Assembly: GCA_904063045.1 (NCBI GenBank)
Contig: CAJFCJ010000005.1
Span: 3,590,165-3,654,164 of the forward strand
Length of the DNA stretch: 64,000 nt
From: Dimorphilus gyrociliatus
Taxonomy: Eukaryota; Animalia; Annelida
Direction of reading: 5' to 3'
Under the pieces are notes generated by a model that saw only the letters and a program-made list of their open reading frames with translations, was not told where the DNA came from and made no database searches. The position numbers were made by a program, and so were the translations under genes. This document shows positions 1 through 13,162 of this stretch, in pieces (the stretch's first letter is position 1; every line of letters begins with the position of its first letter).

Positions 1-1018
1 AAGAAAAGAAAGAGGAATAATAAATTCTTACATTTAAATGAGAAGATTTTGTACACTTCTTATTAAGGTCGTTAAGTAGTTTTTTAGCAATAAATTATAA
101 AGCTATTCAAACAAAACTGACCTTATGCACGTGTCCGTAAAATTTCATATTCACCCAACTAATACTTCGTTCCCAATAATAATACAAAAAAAAAGATGGG
201 AAAGAAACATTTATCAAATACCTCCTTAAAATTTGTTTGAACAAGTATTCAACCGTCGAAAGATGGCAGTGAATAATACGCGTAAATCACCTTTTATTCG
301 TAGAGGCGTTGACGCGTTTTTATTGAAGTGCTAAAATTTCACTTCCATGAATATTTAAAATATGCTAATTATTTCAACTGGCTTCTTCCTATTTAAGCTA
401 ATAGAGACAATTTACTTTATAATTAACTTGAATTCACAATCGATAATTACTTTTTTGCAACATTTTCTCAGCCCATTTTACATATAATAAGGCCTAATTT
501 AAATATACTTTTCTTATCATTCCGTAATACTCGATCTAATTTATGCGTATGTAAAATATGCGTGTGTGAACACTTATAAAGCTGTTGAAAAATTCATCAA
601 TTAACAAATTAATAATAAAGCTCTTCCGTTTAATTAATAATTTATAGTAAATTGTATTTTGTACATTTTGGAAAGGCGATATAAATAAGAATGAAAAACA
701 TAAAGAGATTTTATTTAATGCTTTTCTTTTTAAAAAAACAAAATGAAAAAATAGTAAAAAATAAAAGTAGAAACGACCAAGTGATTGAGCTCTCAATCAT
801 GTTAGATATAATACAATATGTACACTTAATGTATATATTTATATAAGAGTAGTCATGCCTCACATTTATGGTCCTTAAGCACATCCAAAAAACAAACACT
901 AGAATAGCCTGAAGCTTGATTCGGATTAAGCCATTAAGATCAATTAAATTCCTCCAATTTCATATTTATAGCCACTAAGCATTGGAATTCGAGGAATTTC
1001 ATCCTTAAGAAAAATTAT

Positions 1019-3043
1019 TCAAGAAACAAGATTAATCTCTTCATCGCTCTCTTCTTTCTCTTCCTCTTTGTTATTGGACGATAAAATTTCACGTTCCTTT
1101 GAGTTTCGCCATTTCATTCTTCTATTTTGAAACCATATTTTAACCTAAAATTATAAAAAAAGGAGAATGATGAATGTTTTTAAATAAGCTAAAAAGAAAA
1201 AGATCAAATAGATAGTTAAATATAAATGTTTTTTGAACGAGAGGAGGTTTTATATCACCTATTTAAGGATTAAATATGGGTCGTAAAATGTAGCAAGCGG
1301 TTCGTTTAACTCCATCAGGCTAATAGACTTATCTGGCTAGAGATCTAAAGAGCAGTCTCCTGCTCATCCCGCCTCCCCCTCTATGCATGACTGTCACATG
1401 GGAGCTCTGGTTAATTTGTATATTCTTAGCAGCAGGGACAGGTGTCAGGATTTTCTAATAGCTTATTTTACCTTATTTATTGTATACTGTCTATGAGAAA
1501 AATTGTAAGTTTCTCTTGTTTGAACACACAAAAAACCGTCCACTATACTTTACTACTTTTACTCATTTTCTCTTCTCAATAATTATCTTTCTTACCAGTT
1601 TATACAATTAAACCATTCATTAATATTTCAATAACTACTTAACAAGAAAAGTTAGTAAACAAATAGTTTATATATTATATTTTGTAAAATTAATAAAAAC
1701 GCCTACAAACAACATTACTAATAATGTAGTATACACCTATTGAGAAACAATACTATTAGTTATTGCTATTATATATTTAACAGTGATACGAGAGTAGGGA
1801 AATCTATTCATTTATTCATATAATTTTACAATTGTCAGGAAATAAGCTTGATCTCATGGGCATAAATATGTTTATGTAAAAGTCGTATACTTGTCAAATG
1901 TCCGCATGAAGGCGTAATGATTGTATTGCATGCGTACAACTAACATTTGTTTAATATATGAATTACACATTTTTTTACATTTTTAATAAAACTTTTTCAA
2001 TGGAAAAGAAAGTTCTTTTTTCTATATTTCCTGTTCTTTAGCATTTAACCCTCTTCCATCCCTTACTCCTCCCCCTCCTTCTTCTTCTCCATCTCTACCT
2101 CCCACTATACTCTTCACAGCCACCCACGCTTAATGCATAAATCCCTCTTTTTCTCCGCCCTAACCTCTCATTCTGTCCTCTATCTGCCCGGCGAGAGATT
2201 TATTTTGTGCTTTTTAATGCCTATTTATATGATTTAACCTTTTTATGTCTTTGTATAAGCATCTATCAACCTTTAAATTATAGTGTATTTTTTTCTCTTA
2301 TCTGATTTTAAAGTGGGTTTATACTTTATCAAAAATTAATTAGACTTTTAGCGAAACAGAATTGTAAAAGGGTCAACAAAATATAATTTTAGGGTCGAAA
2401 TTTCTTTTTGTCCCTATTTATAGGCCGGTTGGATTAGGTGTTTTTTCGCACACCACCGAGTCAAGAAAAAGTTAAAAACTTAAAAACAAACTAAAAAGAG
2501 AAACAATTGAAAAAATATTAATAATTTACCTGAGAATCTTTCAAACCCAGCTTGTCGGCTAAATTTTTTCTATCGGGTTTACTTATATACTTTTGTTTTT
2601 GGAAAGTCTCTTCTAGGCCTCTTCTTTGTGAGTCGGAGAAGACGGCTCTTCTTAGCATTGCCCTTCTTGGTTTTCCTCGCGGGTTCCATAAAGAGTACTC
2701 TGTTTAATAACAATAGGCGTTTAAAGGCGTCTAATTAAATGTTTTCCAAATTGTACGGTGTAAGACGGTTAGCTCGTTAGATAGACGTTCGATAAGACGG
2801 ATTTGAAAAGAAAGGTATGGCTGAAAAGCGACGCCCCTCACCTGGCAGGTTATAATTCGGTGCTTGAAGAAACGGCGTAAATAAGGAGTATTGTGAAAAC
2901 TGAGTTGTTGTCCTTGTTTTCGGAGTTTCTTTTGATAAAATGGCATTTATTCCAAATTTTAGTTGCGGCTCTGCCTTTGGTGATTCTTGCAGTTGAGGTC
3001 TTTGAACAAAATTTTGAAGATTCATCCTGTAGTAAGGAAACAT
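1019..3043 (-). CDS. Dbx: Dbx (developing brain homeobox) transcription factor, 3 coding exons: 3043-2842, 2699-2530, 1144-1019
   Basis: Spliced translation gives WNPRGKPRRAMLRRAVFSDSQRRGLEETFQKQKYISKPDRKNLADKLGLKDSQ|VKIWFQNRRMKWRNSKEREIL, the characteristic Dbx homeodomain and flanks. An N-terminal eh1-like motif LKFGINAIL is present. GT/AG sites are canonical with matching phases, including the typical intron before VKIWFQN. The exon 1 donor (cag|gtgagg at 2842) is the least certain junction. Confidence 0.93.
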
Positions 3044-3079
3044 GACTGAGGTATGACGAACTTTAATCCAGCTCCTCCC

Positions 3080-3320
3080 GTCGTTGCTGATTGGTCAGAG
3101 CGAGTGAGCGGGTCAAGTGATGATGGGTCGATTTTATACGGAAGGGGCGGAGTCAGGGTCGCATAAGAAATTCTGAATATGGATTAATGGGCATGGTAAA
3201 TCCGTTACATCTGTCACGGTCGATCAGGGGCGTAAAAATTATGACGTAGGTCAATATAGAATGGTGACCCCGTTTTTATAAACGTCTTTGTTAAAACGAG
3301 CAACAGTCACGTAAGAGACC
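3080..3320 (-). promoter_or_regulatory. Putative Dbx proximal promoter
   Basis: Locally GC-richer block just upstream of the Dbx ATG. It contains CCAAT (3087-3096 on the minus strand), a GC box GGGGCGGAG (~3144-3152), TATAAAA on the minus strand (~3274-3280) and TGACGT/CACGT cores. Motif matches only. Confidence 0.35.
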
Positions 3321-3583
3321 ACACCCTTTGACCACCTGTTTAGTAGTAATGTTCATTTAAACGACCGAGAGCATAATTTTCTGTCCATAAACGCCATTTT
3401 ACCTAATTCGTTGATAAATTTGTCTGTATTACATAACAAATTCATGTCTTAATTTACTTATTCGAGGTAGGTAAAATGTCAACAATAAAAATCTAATAAA
3501 TCTCTGACCGTTTAAAATTCTTTCTAGATAAATTTACATATCTTATTTTGTCATTGAATAAAGAGATTGAAAGAGAGAAAAGT

Positions 3584-3586
<3 letters not shown>

Positions 3587-3636
<50 letters not shown>

Positions 3637-3641
3637 CGAGA
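3587..3641. repeat. (GA)n microsatellite
   Basis: Direct dinucleotide run. Confidence 0.95.
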
Positions 3642-5894
3642 GAAACTGATACTTATATAATATATGCAGAATGTATTATATATATATTCATATAATTAAT
3701 TAATTAACCAATTATTCACAACAATTCCATATAAACTAATGAATATTCATAATTACGAATTTATTTACAAATAGTAAATATTGTTTTTATTGCGACTAAG
3801 TAATAATAATATAAAGTATATTTTGTTAACGCTTTAAAATTAATTAGTTGATTTTATTGATCATTAAGACCACCTACATTATATAGTAAAATATTTATAC
3901 AAGTAATGAACAATTTAAACTATTCAATAACCACAAGTTAAATATTTAATAATAAATATCTTTTGAATTTATATAGATTTTACCTTATTAAGTTAATATT
4001 CTTTTCGTTTATTAAGGTTCATAAATTATTTTGACTTTTATAGAAATTTTAATCTAAGAAAAACAAAAAGATTAAATTAACTTCATAAAGTCAAAGAGAG
4101 AAGAAATAAGAAAGAAAAAGTACTCTATTCATTCAAGGTCAACAATTCCGAAATAAAATTTTAATTAACCAATAAAATGGAAAAGTACTTTACTTTTACA
4201 TTTTTTATTTAAGTAATACTTCATTTTCTATATAGATTTAATTGCTAAAGATACAATACATATACTATATATGTATATAAGTTAATAGGCCTATAGTTTT
4301 GTGTTTTTTTTGTCACGCAACAAGTACTTGAGAAAAACGAACCAATTAAAACATTGTCAACGAATTAAATGCAAAAAAGTCTAATGTAATTTAACGTAAT
4401 AGTCAACCCTTTAAAATGACGCTTCATTTTCTAATCGAGAAACGATCTGTCCACTCGACCTTCTGTTATGCATCTAGTAATCTGACACTCTTCAACCAAG
4501 ATCCTTATTAATTAAGCATTTTTATCTCTACAAATATATAAGTTTCTGACACCGCCCCTCCCACCCCTTTTGAACGCCTTTGGCGGACGGTCGTTAACAA
4601 AACATTCTCGTTTCTTTGTAATCCGAAATGTGTCCGGGATAATCCACCTTCCTGGAATTCCTAATGGAAATTCAAGTGTTCTTCATTTTAATAAAGCTTT
4701 GATCAAACTCGCCACACATAAAGCTAGTTACCAGGATTCTGTTCAATAAAACCTTCTTTAGTTTTATTAAAGCTTAATTAAACCTCTTACATAATTTAAA
4801 TATTAAGCTTGCAAAGAGTACCAAGAGAAATATGAAACGTTACAGTCACCAGATGTCAAAAGAGCTAGAAAGTTCTCTAGTGCATAATTTAACTGACTCT
4901 GATTACTTTATGTGCCTCTCCGTTTTACGGAAGCAAACGATACGCCCACGTAATTGCTGGGTTGTAATGTAAATTTAAATTTTCCCCCTCGTAGTAATTC
5001 GTTGTTTTGGCTATGAGGGGACAGATGGATAAGTTACGAGGAATCTTGGTAACCCCTCCTCTTTACTCCCACCCCACCCCCCCTCCTCCCTCACACATAA
5101 CTTTCACCTTTCGTTTCTTGTGTTCAATTCTTTTGTAAAAGAAAAGAAAAACTTCCGAGAAACTTGTTTTTCTTTTTTTTTAAAAAAAAAAACAGATTAT
5201 AACCGTTTATTTACGTTTGTAATAATAAGTTTACCCAGATTTTTAACGGACGATATATCGTTATTACGCTATTATCCATGCCTAATTGCACTAAGCGATA
5301 GAAGGATAATGTCGGAACTATTATAGAAAGACTAATTGGAAGGTTCTAAACGTAAAATAAGATCTAATATTAGTAAAATTGTGTATAATTATTTTTAACA
5401 ATTTTAGTATTATTATTGAAAAATGGTACTCTGCAGGTGTTGACACGAGGCGTCCATTTTCGAGCGTTGTTTGATTGATTTGTAAAGCAAAGGTAGCGAA
5501 AGTATAAGAGTTTACTTCATTCCATTTTCTTCGTTGTTATAAGTATCAGTTGAAATCTGAAAAGCTTGACATTTTTTTAAGTTAATTAAAGTTCTTCTTT
5601 TTTTACTATTTGAGGGAAATGTTATTTATTATTTTTTTTTAATATCCATTTGAATACAAATATTAAGTAGGTCATTCTTTCTTTTTCAATAATTTCATGT
5701 TCTTAGCATAGTTCTTCTTTACAAATTCTATTCAAGAATCCGCATGAGATTATTTGCATATTTCTTTTTTAAATAAATAGTTCACAAAGCTACGCGAAAG
5801 TATAGTTTTTACAATTGCTATAAGAGTACAACGAACAGCGCCCTCGTGGGAATTGTTTTCTACTATCACGTGATCAATAATCATGTGGTCGGTC

Positions 5895-5908
5895 ATCGTC
5901 AAGGTAAC
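5895..5908 (+). promoter_or_regulatory. Candidate RFX X-box
   Basis: ATCGTCAAGGTAAC matches 13 of 14 positions of the RTHNYYWTRRNRAC consensus and lies ~60 bp upstream of a ciliary-type gene. A palindromic E-box ATCACGTGAT sits at 5865-5874. Confidence 0.4.
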
Positions 5909-5968
5909 AACGTTGACGGCTGTATACTAAGCAAGTGGTGCCGTTATAAACAACAAAAAAAAAGAAAG

Positions 5969-7402
5969 ATGAGTGTTAGAATGGGCGAGGACTGTCGATA
6001 TTCTTTAGATCTCGAGGAGCAAAAAAAGAATATCTTTGTAACCCAACTGAACGAAAGGTAATATACAATATTTTATTGTTTACCATTTGTAGAAATAGAT
6101 TAATTACAAGCCAAAGGAGCATTCCTTATAAATTTTACATGTAAATAACGAGCTAATTTGCAACGATTATGTATCATGCAATGTTGAGGTGTAATTGTGG
6201 AAAGATATAATCTTACAGAGAAAATTAGCCTTTTGCTCCTTACATAAATTACCTGTCGTTACGACCTTTTTATCATTTTTCTCCTTTATTTGCCATGCTT
6301 TTGTATAATTCATATATAGGCTGTTTAAATTGTGTAGAAAAATCGCATTGATTTCCTTTCAATAACTTAACAACTTATATAATATCAGGGAAGAGGACGA
6401 TGATGTAAACGCCTTCCCTATTGTTAAAGATTCGGCAGGAAAGCTCTTAGAAACTGGAGTTAATACTCTTCAAAAAACTCTTCTTTTGAAAAAAGAAGTT
6501 GAAGTTGATAAAGTTGAAGCTCAATTAGACGCGAAGCGAAATGAATTTAGAAAACGTATGGAAAGTTGCGCAGAAAGACAACTTGAACTGCAAAAGAAAC
6601 AGCAAAAAATGAAAGATAGAGTATCAAAATTTGATAAATTTATTAAAGAAAACGAAGCTAAGAGGCGAAGAGCCGTATTAAAATATCAACAAGAGGTAAA
6701 AATGTTTGAACAAAAGAAACGTGAGTTAGAAATACTTGTTGAACAATTAGAAGACCTTAGAACAAAACAATGTAAATTAAGGGACAGGTTAGTAATATTT
6801 TATAATTAATTAATAACAACATTCTATTATTCATATTATTATTTAATTATTCTAGATTAGCCAAATATAAGAAATTCGAAGAATACTTAACAAAAGTTAT
6901 AGACATCTTACCGGCCGACTATTTAGAGGTTCAAGATAGCGCAATTGGAGCTCTGATGATGAGACATAAAACTTTACAAGCGACTAATAGTGGTCTTGTT
7001 GATTCTGTTGTTGTAATGACTGATGAAGTTGAAGATTTTAAAGCGTCTATGAATCAAGCTAAAATTGATAATGCAAAGCAAAAAGTTGAAATTAATGGTA
7101 AATTATCTTTGCTACAAAATGAAATGGAAGAAAAAATTGCTCACAACAAACATAAAGAGTATACATTTAGTGTTAAGAAAAAGGATATGAGAGATCAAAA
7201 TATAGAATTAGGAGCTATTTTTACCGCTATCGATAATATGGCTGAAAAATGTTGGCGAAGGACTGATCCTAATCTACAAACATTAGACTTTAGAGGAAAA
7301 TTGAGCATTGTTCATAAGTATGTCACCGATATAGCTGACGTAACAAGACTTGCTAATGCTGCCGCTTTAGCCAGTGCTAAAAGAAGAATGCAAAAATCAT
7401 GA
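5969..7402 (+). CDS. DUF4200-type coiled-coil protein (CCDC42/CFAP73/CCDC197 family), exons 5969-6057, 6389-6787, 6856-7402
   Basis: The spliced frame is continuous: ...KKNIFVTQLNE|REEDDDVNAFPIVKDSAGKLLETGVNTLQKTLLLKKEVEVDKV...KFDKFIKENEAKRRRA...RDR|LAKYKKFEEYLTKVIDILP. The FDKFIKENEAKR and YKKFEEYL blocks are typical of the family. The exact paralog cannot be resolved. The start could be 5969 or 5981. Confidence 0.75.
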
Positions 7403-7669
7403 GTTGTTATACTTTTATCATAAATACACACTTGTAAATATCGTTTTCGTTCTCTTTATCTCCCTTATTTACCCTTCCATTCAGGAAAGGATTAACTTTT
7501 AAACATCAATTATTCATATTAAATTGTCGACCATGATTATTAAATCGTAAATGATTATAGGTTTTTTTTACGATTCACTAGCAGACGACATCTATATGCA
7601 CGAGATGATTTTATTGTATCGAAAGTTGATTTGATCTCTTAAACACGCTATTAAGTCTTTTCACAAACA

Positions 7670-8962
7670 ATGTTGTTAAATAGGCAATTAAATTTTCTTC
7701 GGAATGTTTACAATAAGATTCCCTCCTTATGTTACGCTACGGTTATAAAAAAAAAGAAAAAGCGTTCTGATAAACCGTTTGTAAGTATACAGTATTAATT
7801 AAAGTTTTGATAGAATCAGACATTTTACAATTTTTTTTTATGAAGACAAAAAGATTTGTCGATTACCAAAGAGTTACGGTGAAAGGCGGTAAAGGTGGAG
7901 ACGGTTGTTGTTCATTTCTCAGCTTATTCGCTAACGAGTATGCCGGTCCAGATGGTGGGGACGGAGGTAACGGCGGTCACGTTATTCTTCAAGGTATATT
8001 GTATTGATATATATGTTCATTTAGGAATTGTAACTGTGGAATTGTGTTACACTTTTCAGCCGACGCGACCTCGACATCACTAGCCGGGTTAGGAACTCTA
8101 TTAAAGGGGCGTGACGGGGTGAGAGGAAAGGGAAAACATTGTCATGGAAAATGTGCTGAACATCTCTATGTTAACGTTCCTCTAGGAACCCTGATAAAAA
8201 CTGAAGAAAATGAACTATTAGCAGATTTAGCAAATTCCGGTGATATGTACCTAGCTGCAAGAGGCGGTGCTGGAGGAAAAGGAAATGCTTATTTCTTATC
8301 AAATGAAAATAGAGCTCCAAGGACATACGAATTGGGTGCTGCCGGAGAAGAAGCAACTTTAATCGCCGAATTGAATTTAATTGCTAACTTTGGATTGGTA
8401 AGTATTTATTCTTTTAAAACATCAAGATATTTACGGTCATTTGGTATTATTCTTTATTTAGATCGGATTTCCCAATGCTGGAAAATCAACTTTATTAAGA
8501 GCAATATCCAGGGCTCGGCCTAAAGTAGCGGTTTATCCTTTTACAACTCTTAATCCTCACGTAGGAGTAATAAAGTATGATGATCACGAACAAATATCAG
8601 TTGCAGATCTACCTGGTTTAATTAAAGGTGCTCATCTTAATTATGGTCTAGGCTTATCCTTCCTAAGACATGTAGAACGTTGTTTATGCCTAATTTTTGT
8701 ATTGGATTTATCTCATCCCCAACCATGGAAGCAATTTGACGATCTTTCCTACGAATTAGAACAATATAAACCCGGTCTATCCGAAATACCTCATGCAATT
8801 ATCGCAAATAAAGTCGATTTGCCACTAGCTCAAAAGAATTTAGAACTTTTAAGGAAGTACAGCAACTTGCCAGTTTTACCAGTTTCTGCTAAATATCTAA
8901 CGAATATTGATACTTTAACTGAAAAATTGCGAAATTTATTCGATGATGTTAAAAAAAAATAA
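7670..8962 (+). CDS. MTG2: Mitochondrial ribosome-associated Obg-family GTPase 2, exons 7670-7780, 7846-7993, 8060-8397, 8462-8962
   Basis: Obg fold (FVDYQRVTVKGGKGGDG...GPDGGDGGNGGHV), G1 IGFPNAGKST, G2 YPFTTLNPHVG, G3 DLPG, G4 NKVD, and a basic N-terminal mitochondrial-type presequence. All junctions are in phase. Confidence 0.93.
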
Positions 8963-9320
8963 ACTCATATAAATAAAATCAAAGAATTAGTTCTTTTTTA
9001 TTAATTTAATATATATTATTGATAAATTAAAGAATTATTTACAGCTTTAAGAACTTTCGAGTACTCGCCAAGATACCCCGCATTTACTAGTGATTGGGTA
9101 CTGCTTACCTCGACTGCGCAGGCGCCATTAAAAAAGAACGTACCATAGTATTTTAAAGTTTCAATACACTATTATTAACTCCATATTGATTGTTAATTAT
9201 AAATTGTTTGTGAGTTTGATTAAAAAAATTACTATAAAATAATTTTGCTTAATCAATTCAGATTATATTAGTTAGAAGAGAGGATTTGTAACATATCCCT
9301 TTTATCGCTCTGCTAAGAAA

Positions 9321-12300
9321 ATGTCGCAGCCTGGGAAAAAGTTACGAGTTGTCCCACAATCATCGATACTTGACATTAATTCTTTTGATATCCCTTTTAA
9401 AGGACCAACAGCTTCGAGTCCTTTCAGGAAAGGAAGCCAAATAGTTATGGTTGGATTTTTGAAGAATACTTTTTCATGATAATATATTTTTCTATTTAGA
9501 AAGGTGATTCTAAAGAAGACTTAAGGCACAAATCATTCGAGGAGCTTTCTAATACTCATGGAAAAAATCTCTCACAAGACTCTTCATACATCAGCGGATC
9601 TAAAAAGAATTCTCAGCCGACTCAAAATTACTTAAAAGAAGCCATGAAGCCTATAGAGAAATACACTCTGTTCCAAGATACTCAAGATGACTCTCTGGTG
9701 GATACTATTATTGATAATTCTTTAGAAGAATCTTTTAATGCTGAATTAACAGTGACAGATAGTAAATATCTTAATTCTCAAACTTACGATCCAAACGATA
9801 GTTCTCAATCCCTATTTTCGAGCGAAGAAACAGTGTTATCGAGCTCTCAGGTTGAATCTTATGATGAGTCCAATATTCAGGGAAAGTCATCTACTGATAA
9901 TAAAAATTGCAATTTGCTCTCTAAGGATTACAATAGTAAACATTTAGCAAAGAAGATAGATTCCCTTAGTAAAATAAATACTCTACCAATCAATTCATTA
10001 CCTAAAAGAGAAGAAGATTCAATAATTAAGCGGCCAGCTATATCAGGTGCAAGAAAACACTGGAAAATACTAGATAAGCGTACAACGAAAAAAAATTCTG
10101 CAGAAAAAGAATTTAGTATGAAGGAGTTCTCCGATACGCAATTTTTTGGTTTACCAGAAAAGATAGGCAAATCCTATAAACAGATTAAGAAAATTAACGA
10201 TCTCTACGGTAATATTTTGAATTTAATGCCTCTTTTAAACTGTCTAATGGCGTTTTCGTTCTCTCTTTAGATTGGCAAAAAGAATGCTTAAATCGGCCAA
10301 GTGTTATTGAAAGAAAAAATTTAGTTTACTCTTTACCAACTAGTGGAGGCAAAACGTTAGTTGCCGAAATTCTTATGCTTAAGGAACTATTAATGCGTAA
10401 AAAGAATGCTTTATTTATTTTACCATATGTAGCTTTGGTGCAAGAAAAAGTCAAAGCCTTCTCTAATTTATCATTAGAGTTTAATTTTTCTGTAGAGGAG
10501 TACGCCTCAGCTAAAGGAAAAATACCACCAAGAAAAAAGCGAACTCGATCTTCACTTTTCATTGCAACTATCGAAAAAGCGAATATTTTAATTAATTCTT
10601 TACTTGAGACCGGGAGAGAGGATGAATTGGGTATTGTAGTTATTGATGAATTACACATGTTGGGTGAACAGGGTCGTGGTGCAATATTAGAGGGCCTCAT
10701 CACTAAACTAATTGTGAGATGTTCTGATACTTTTATAGTGGGAATGAGTGCAACTATAGATAACATTTTTGAACTTGGAGACTTTCTAAGAGCAGAAGTT
10801 TATACAAAGGATTTCAGACCCGTAAATATTAAAAAATTCTATCAAATTAAAATTTTATAATTTTAATTACAGGTTAAATTAACAGAAAAAATTTTATATA
10901 AGTCAACCCTGTACAAAGTATCTCCTCTTAATAATTCTACTACTCAGGAGAAGTACCTAGGCTCTGACGTATGTACTTTCTTGGGAATATAAATGCTTAT
11001 GTTATTTAGTGAGTTTTTGTCTCTAGCAAACGGAGAATGAAAGGAAATTTGATCCAGATGGTATTACCCAGCTAGTCAAGGAAGTAATACCTGAAAAGTC
11101 ATGTTTGATCTTTTGTCCAATAAAAAAAAACTGCGAAAGTATCATTATATTATTAAGTAAACTTTTACCAAAGTGAGATTTATTTTAAAACTTATAAGTT
11201 ATATCTACTTTGTGACTTTTTTCCGTATACTCTTTGATAGATCTCTTCTAGATGTCAAAAAACATGAAAAAGCGAACTTGTTGAAGGAATTACAAACTGA
11301 AAACGAGCGTTTATGTGATGTTCTGGCCAAAACTGTTCCTTTTGGTATTGCTTACCATCATTCTGGTCTAACCCAGGACGAGAGAAGAACGATAGAAGAC
11401 GGTTTTCTCTCCGGAACTCTATGTTTACTTGCATGTACATCTACTCTGGCTGCTGGAATAAATCTTCCAGCGGCCAGAGTTATCATAAGAGCTCCCAAAA
11501 TTGCAGGGTTGCCTTTAAGTAAGAATCAATACAAACAAATGATAGGTAGAGCAGGAAGAGCTGGCTTGGACAGTGAAGGAGACAGTGTTCTTGTTTGTGA
11601 AAAAAAAGAAGATGTAAACAACAAAAGCAATTTTATTTATTCAATTAATTCTTTTCTCTCTTGTTTTAGGCTATTCGTCTACTGAATGACCCTTGTGAGA
11701 GATGCCTAAGTTCTTTAACCAATCCACAACATTTGCATAATTTTGTGCTATCTCTAATAGCATTAAAAGTAAATATGCATTACAGAAATGAACATTCTTT
11801 TTAATGAATTATTTTATTCAGGTGGCCATTAATAGAGTGACTCTAAACAAAATAACAAAGCATACCTTAGCTTTCATTCAAAAGGAAAGCTTAAATGAAA
11901 ATATACAAGAGCTATCTGATATCATTTTAAAAAATTTAATTGATGAAAATCTTATCATAGAAAAAAACGATGTATTTGAAATTACTGTGTTAGGAAAAGC
12001 ATGCTTCAAAGGTTGAGTTTTTACTCGTATTTGATAAATTTATCTTGAATGCAATATCATTGACAGGCTGCATTGATTCGAAGAAAGGTGGTCAACTACA
12101 CGCTGAATTATACGAAAATTTAGATTTTTTGACATTAAGACAAACTCATCTTCATTTGCTCTACCTTGTAACGCCTCTGGATTCTCCCACGATGATTAAG
12201 ACAAATTGGAAAGAGTACTTTAATGAGGCAATTTTTTTAATGAGATTTCCTTCAAACGTTAATTATTTTATCTTTACAGCTGAATCGTTTAACTGATAGA

Positions 12301-12925
12301 GATTTAAAATTAGTGTCTCAAATAGGAGTTTCAGAGGCATACGTAGCCCGAAAATCAGCTGGTATAAACTGCAAAGATCCTGCTAATTTATATAAAGTGG
12401 AGAAATTTTTTGCTACCCTTGTTTTACACAATCTATGGAATTGTAATAGTATATATAAGACTTCCGAAAAATTTGGTATACCAAGAGGTACTGTTCAGAA
12501 TTTGATGACAACCACAGCGTCCTATGCTTCTTGTGTAAACATGTTTTGCGGTGAATTCGAAGAATTTTGGCCATATGTTAAATTATTCGAGCCAGTTTTA
12601 AAACGACTAAGTACCCATTGTGTACATCCTGATGTAATGCAGCTAATGGAAGTGCCTGGTGTAAAACTTGTAATTAATTATTTAATTGAATACTTTCCAA
12701 AAGATTAAGAACATCCATTTTTTACAGGGACGAACTAAACAGCTCTTTGCGGCGGGTTATACATCTATTCGTAACATAGCACTTGCAAAACCTCTAGAAC
12801 TGATAGAGAAGATTGATAACCTGTCGGCAAAAACAGCAGGACTTTTAGTAACAACAGCTAAAATGATACTAAATGATCAAGTCGAAACTTTAAAGGAGGA
12901 AGTCGAATTTTTACTTAGTCCTTAA
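9321..12925 (+). CDS. HELQ: Helicase POLQ-like (HEL308/HELQ), multi-exon
   Basis: Disordered N-terminus, then DWQKECL...YSLPTSGGKTLVAE (motif I), VIDELH (II), GMSAT (III), GIAYHHSGLT, TSTLAAGINLPA and QMIGRAGRAG (VI). The C-terminus reads LMEVPGVKL|GRTKQLFAAGY and has no polymerase domain. The first donor (9443/9444) is tentative. Confidence 0.93.
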
Positions 12926-13162
12926 TATAGAGGAATGTTAGTTTTATAATTTATTGATAAATTCTACTAAATATAACTTTCGAGAGCTAAAAAAATTACA
13001 AATATAAAAAAATCTGTTGGTTTGACTTCAATTTTGAGTTTCTTTTTATTACACAGATCAAAAAAAATGTTTACTAACGTACACATCATTAGGTTTCCAA
13101 AGATATTACAAGTAAAAGGTACGAAATATAATTGCTATTCAATGTAAATAATAATATAGAGT

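Noticed and set aside
2731-2946. Alternative minus-strand ORF overlapping Dbx exon 1
   Set aside because: It is a different frame over Dbx exon 1 and intron 1 with no recognisable features. The eh1-containing frame splices in phase to the homeodomain.
9321-12925. DNA polymerase theta (POLQ)
   Set aside because: The helicase domain is related, but the gene ends at 12925 with the HELQ-type C-terminus and has no polymerase domain.
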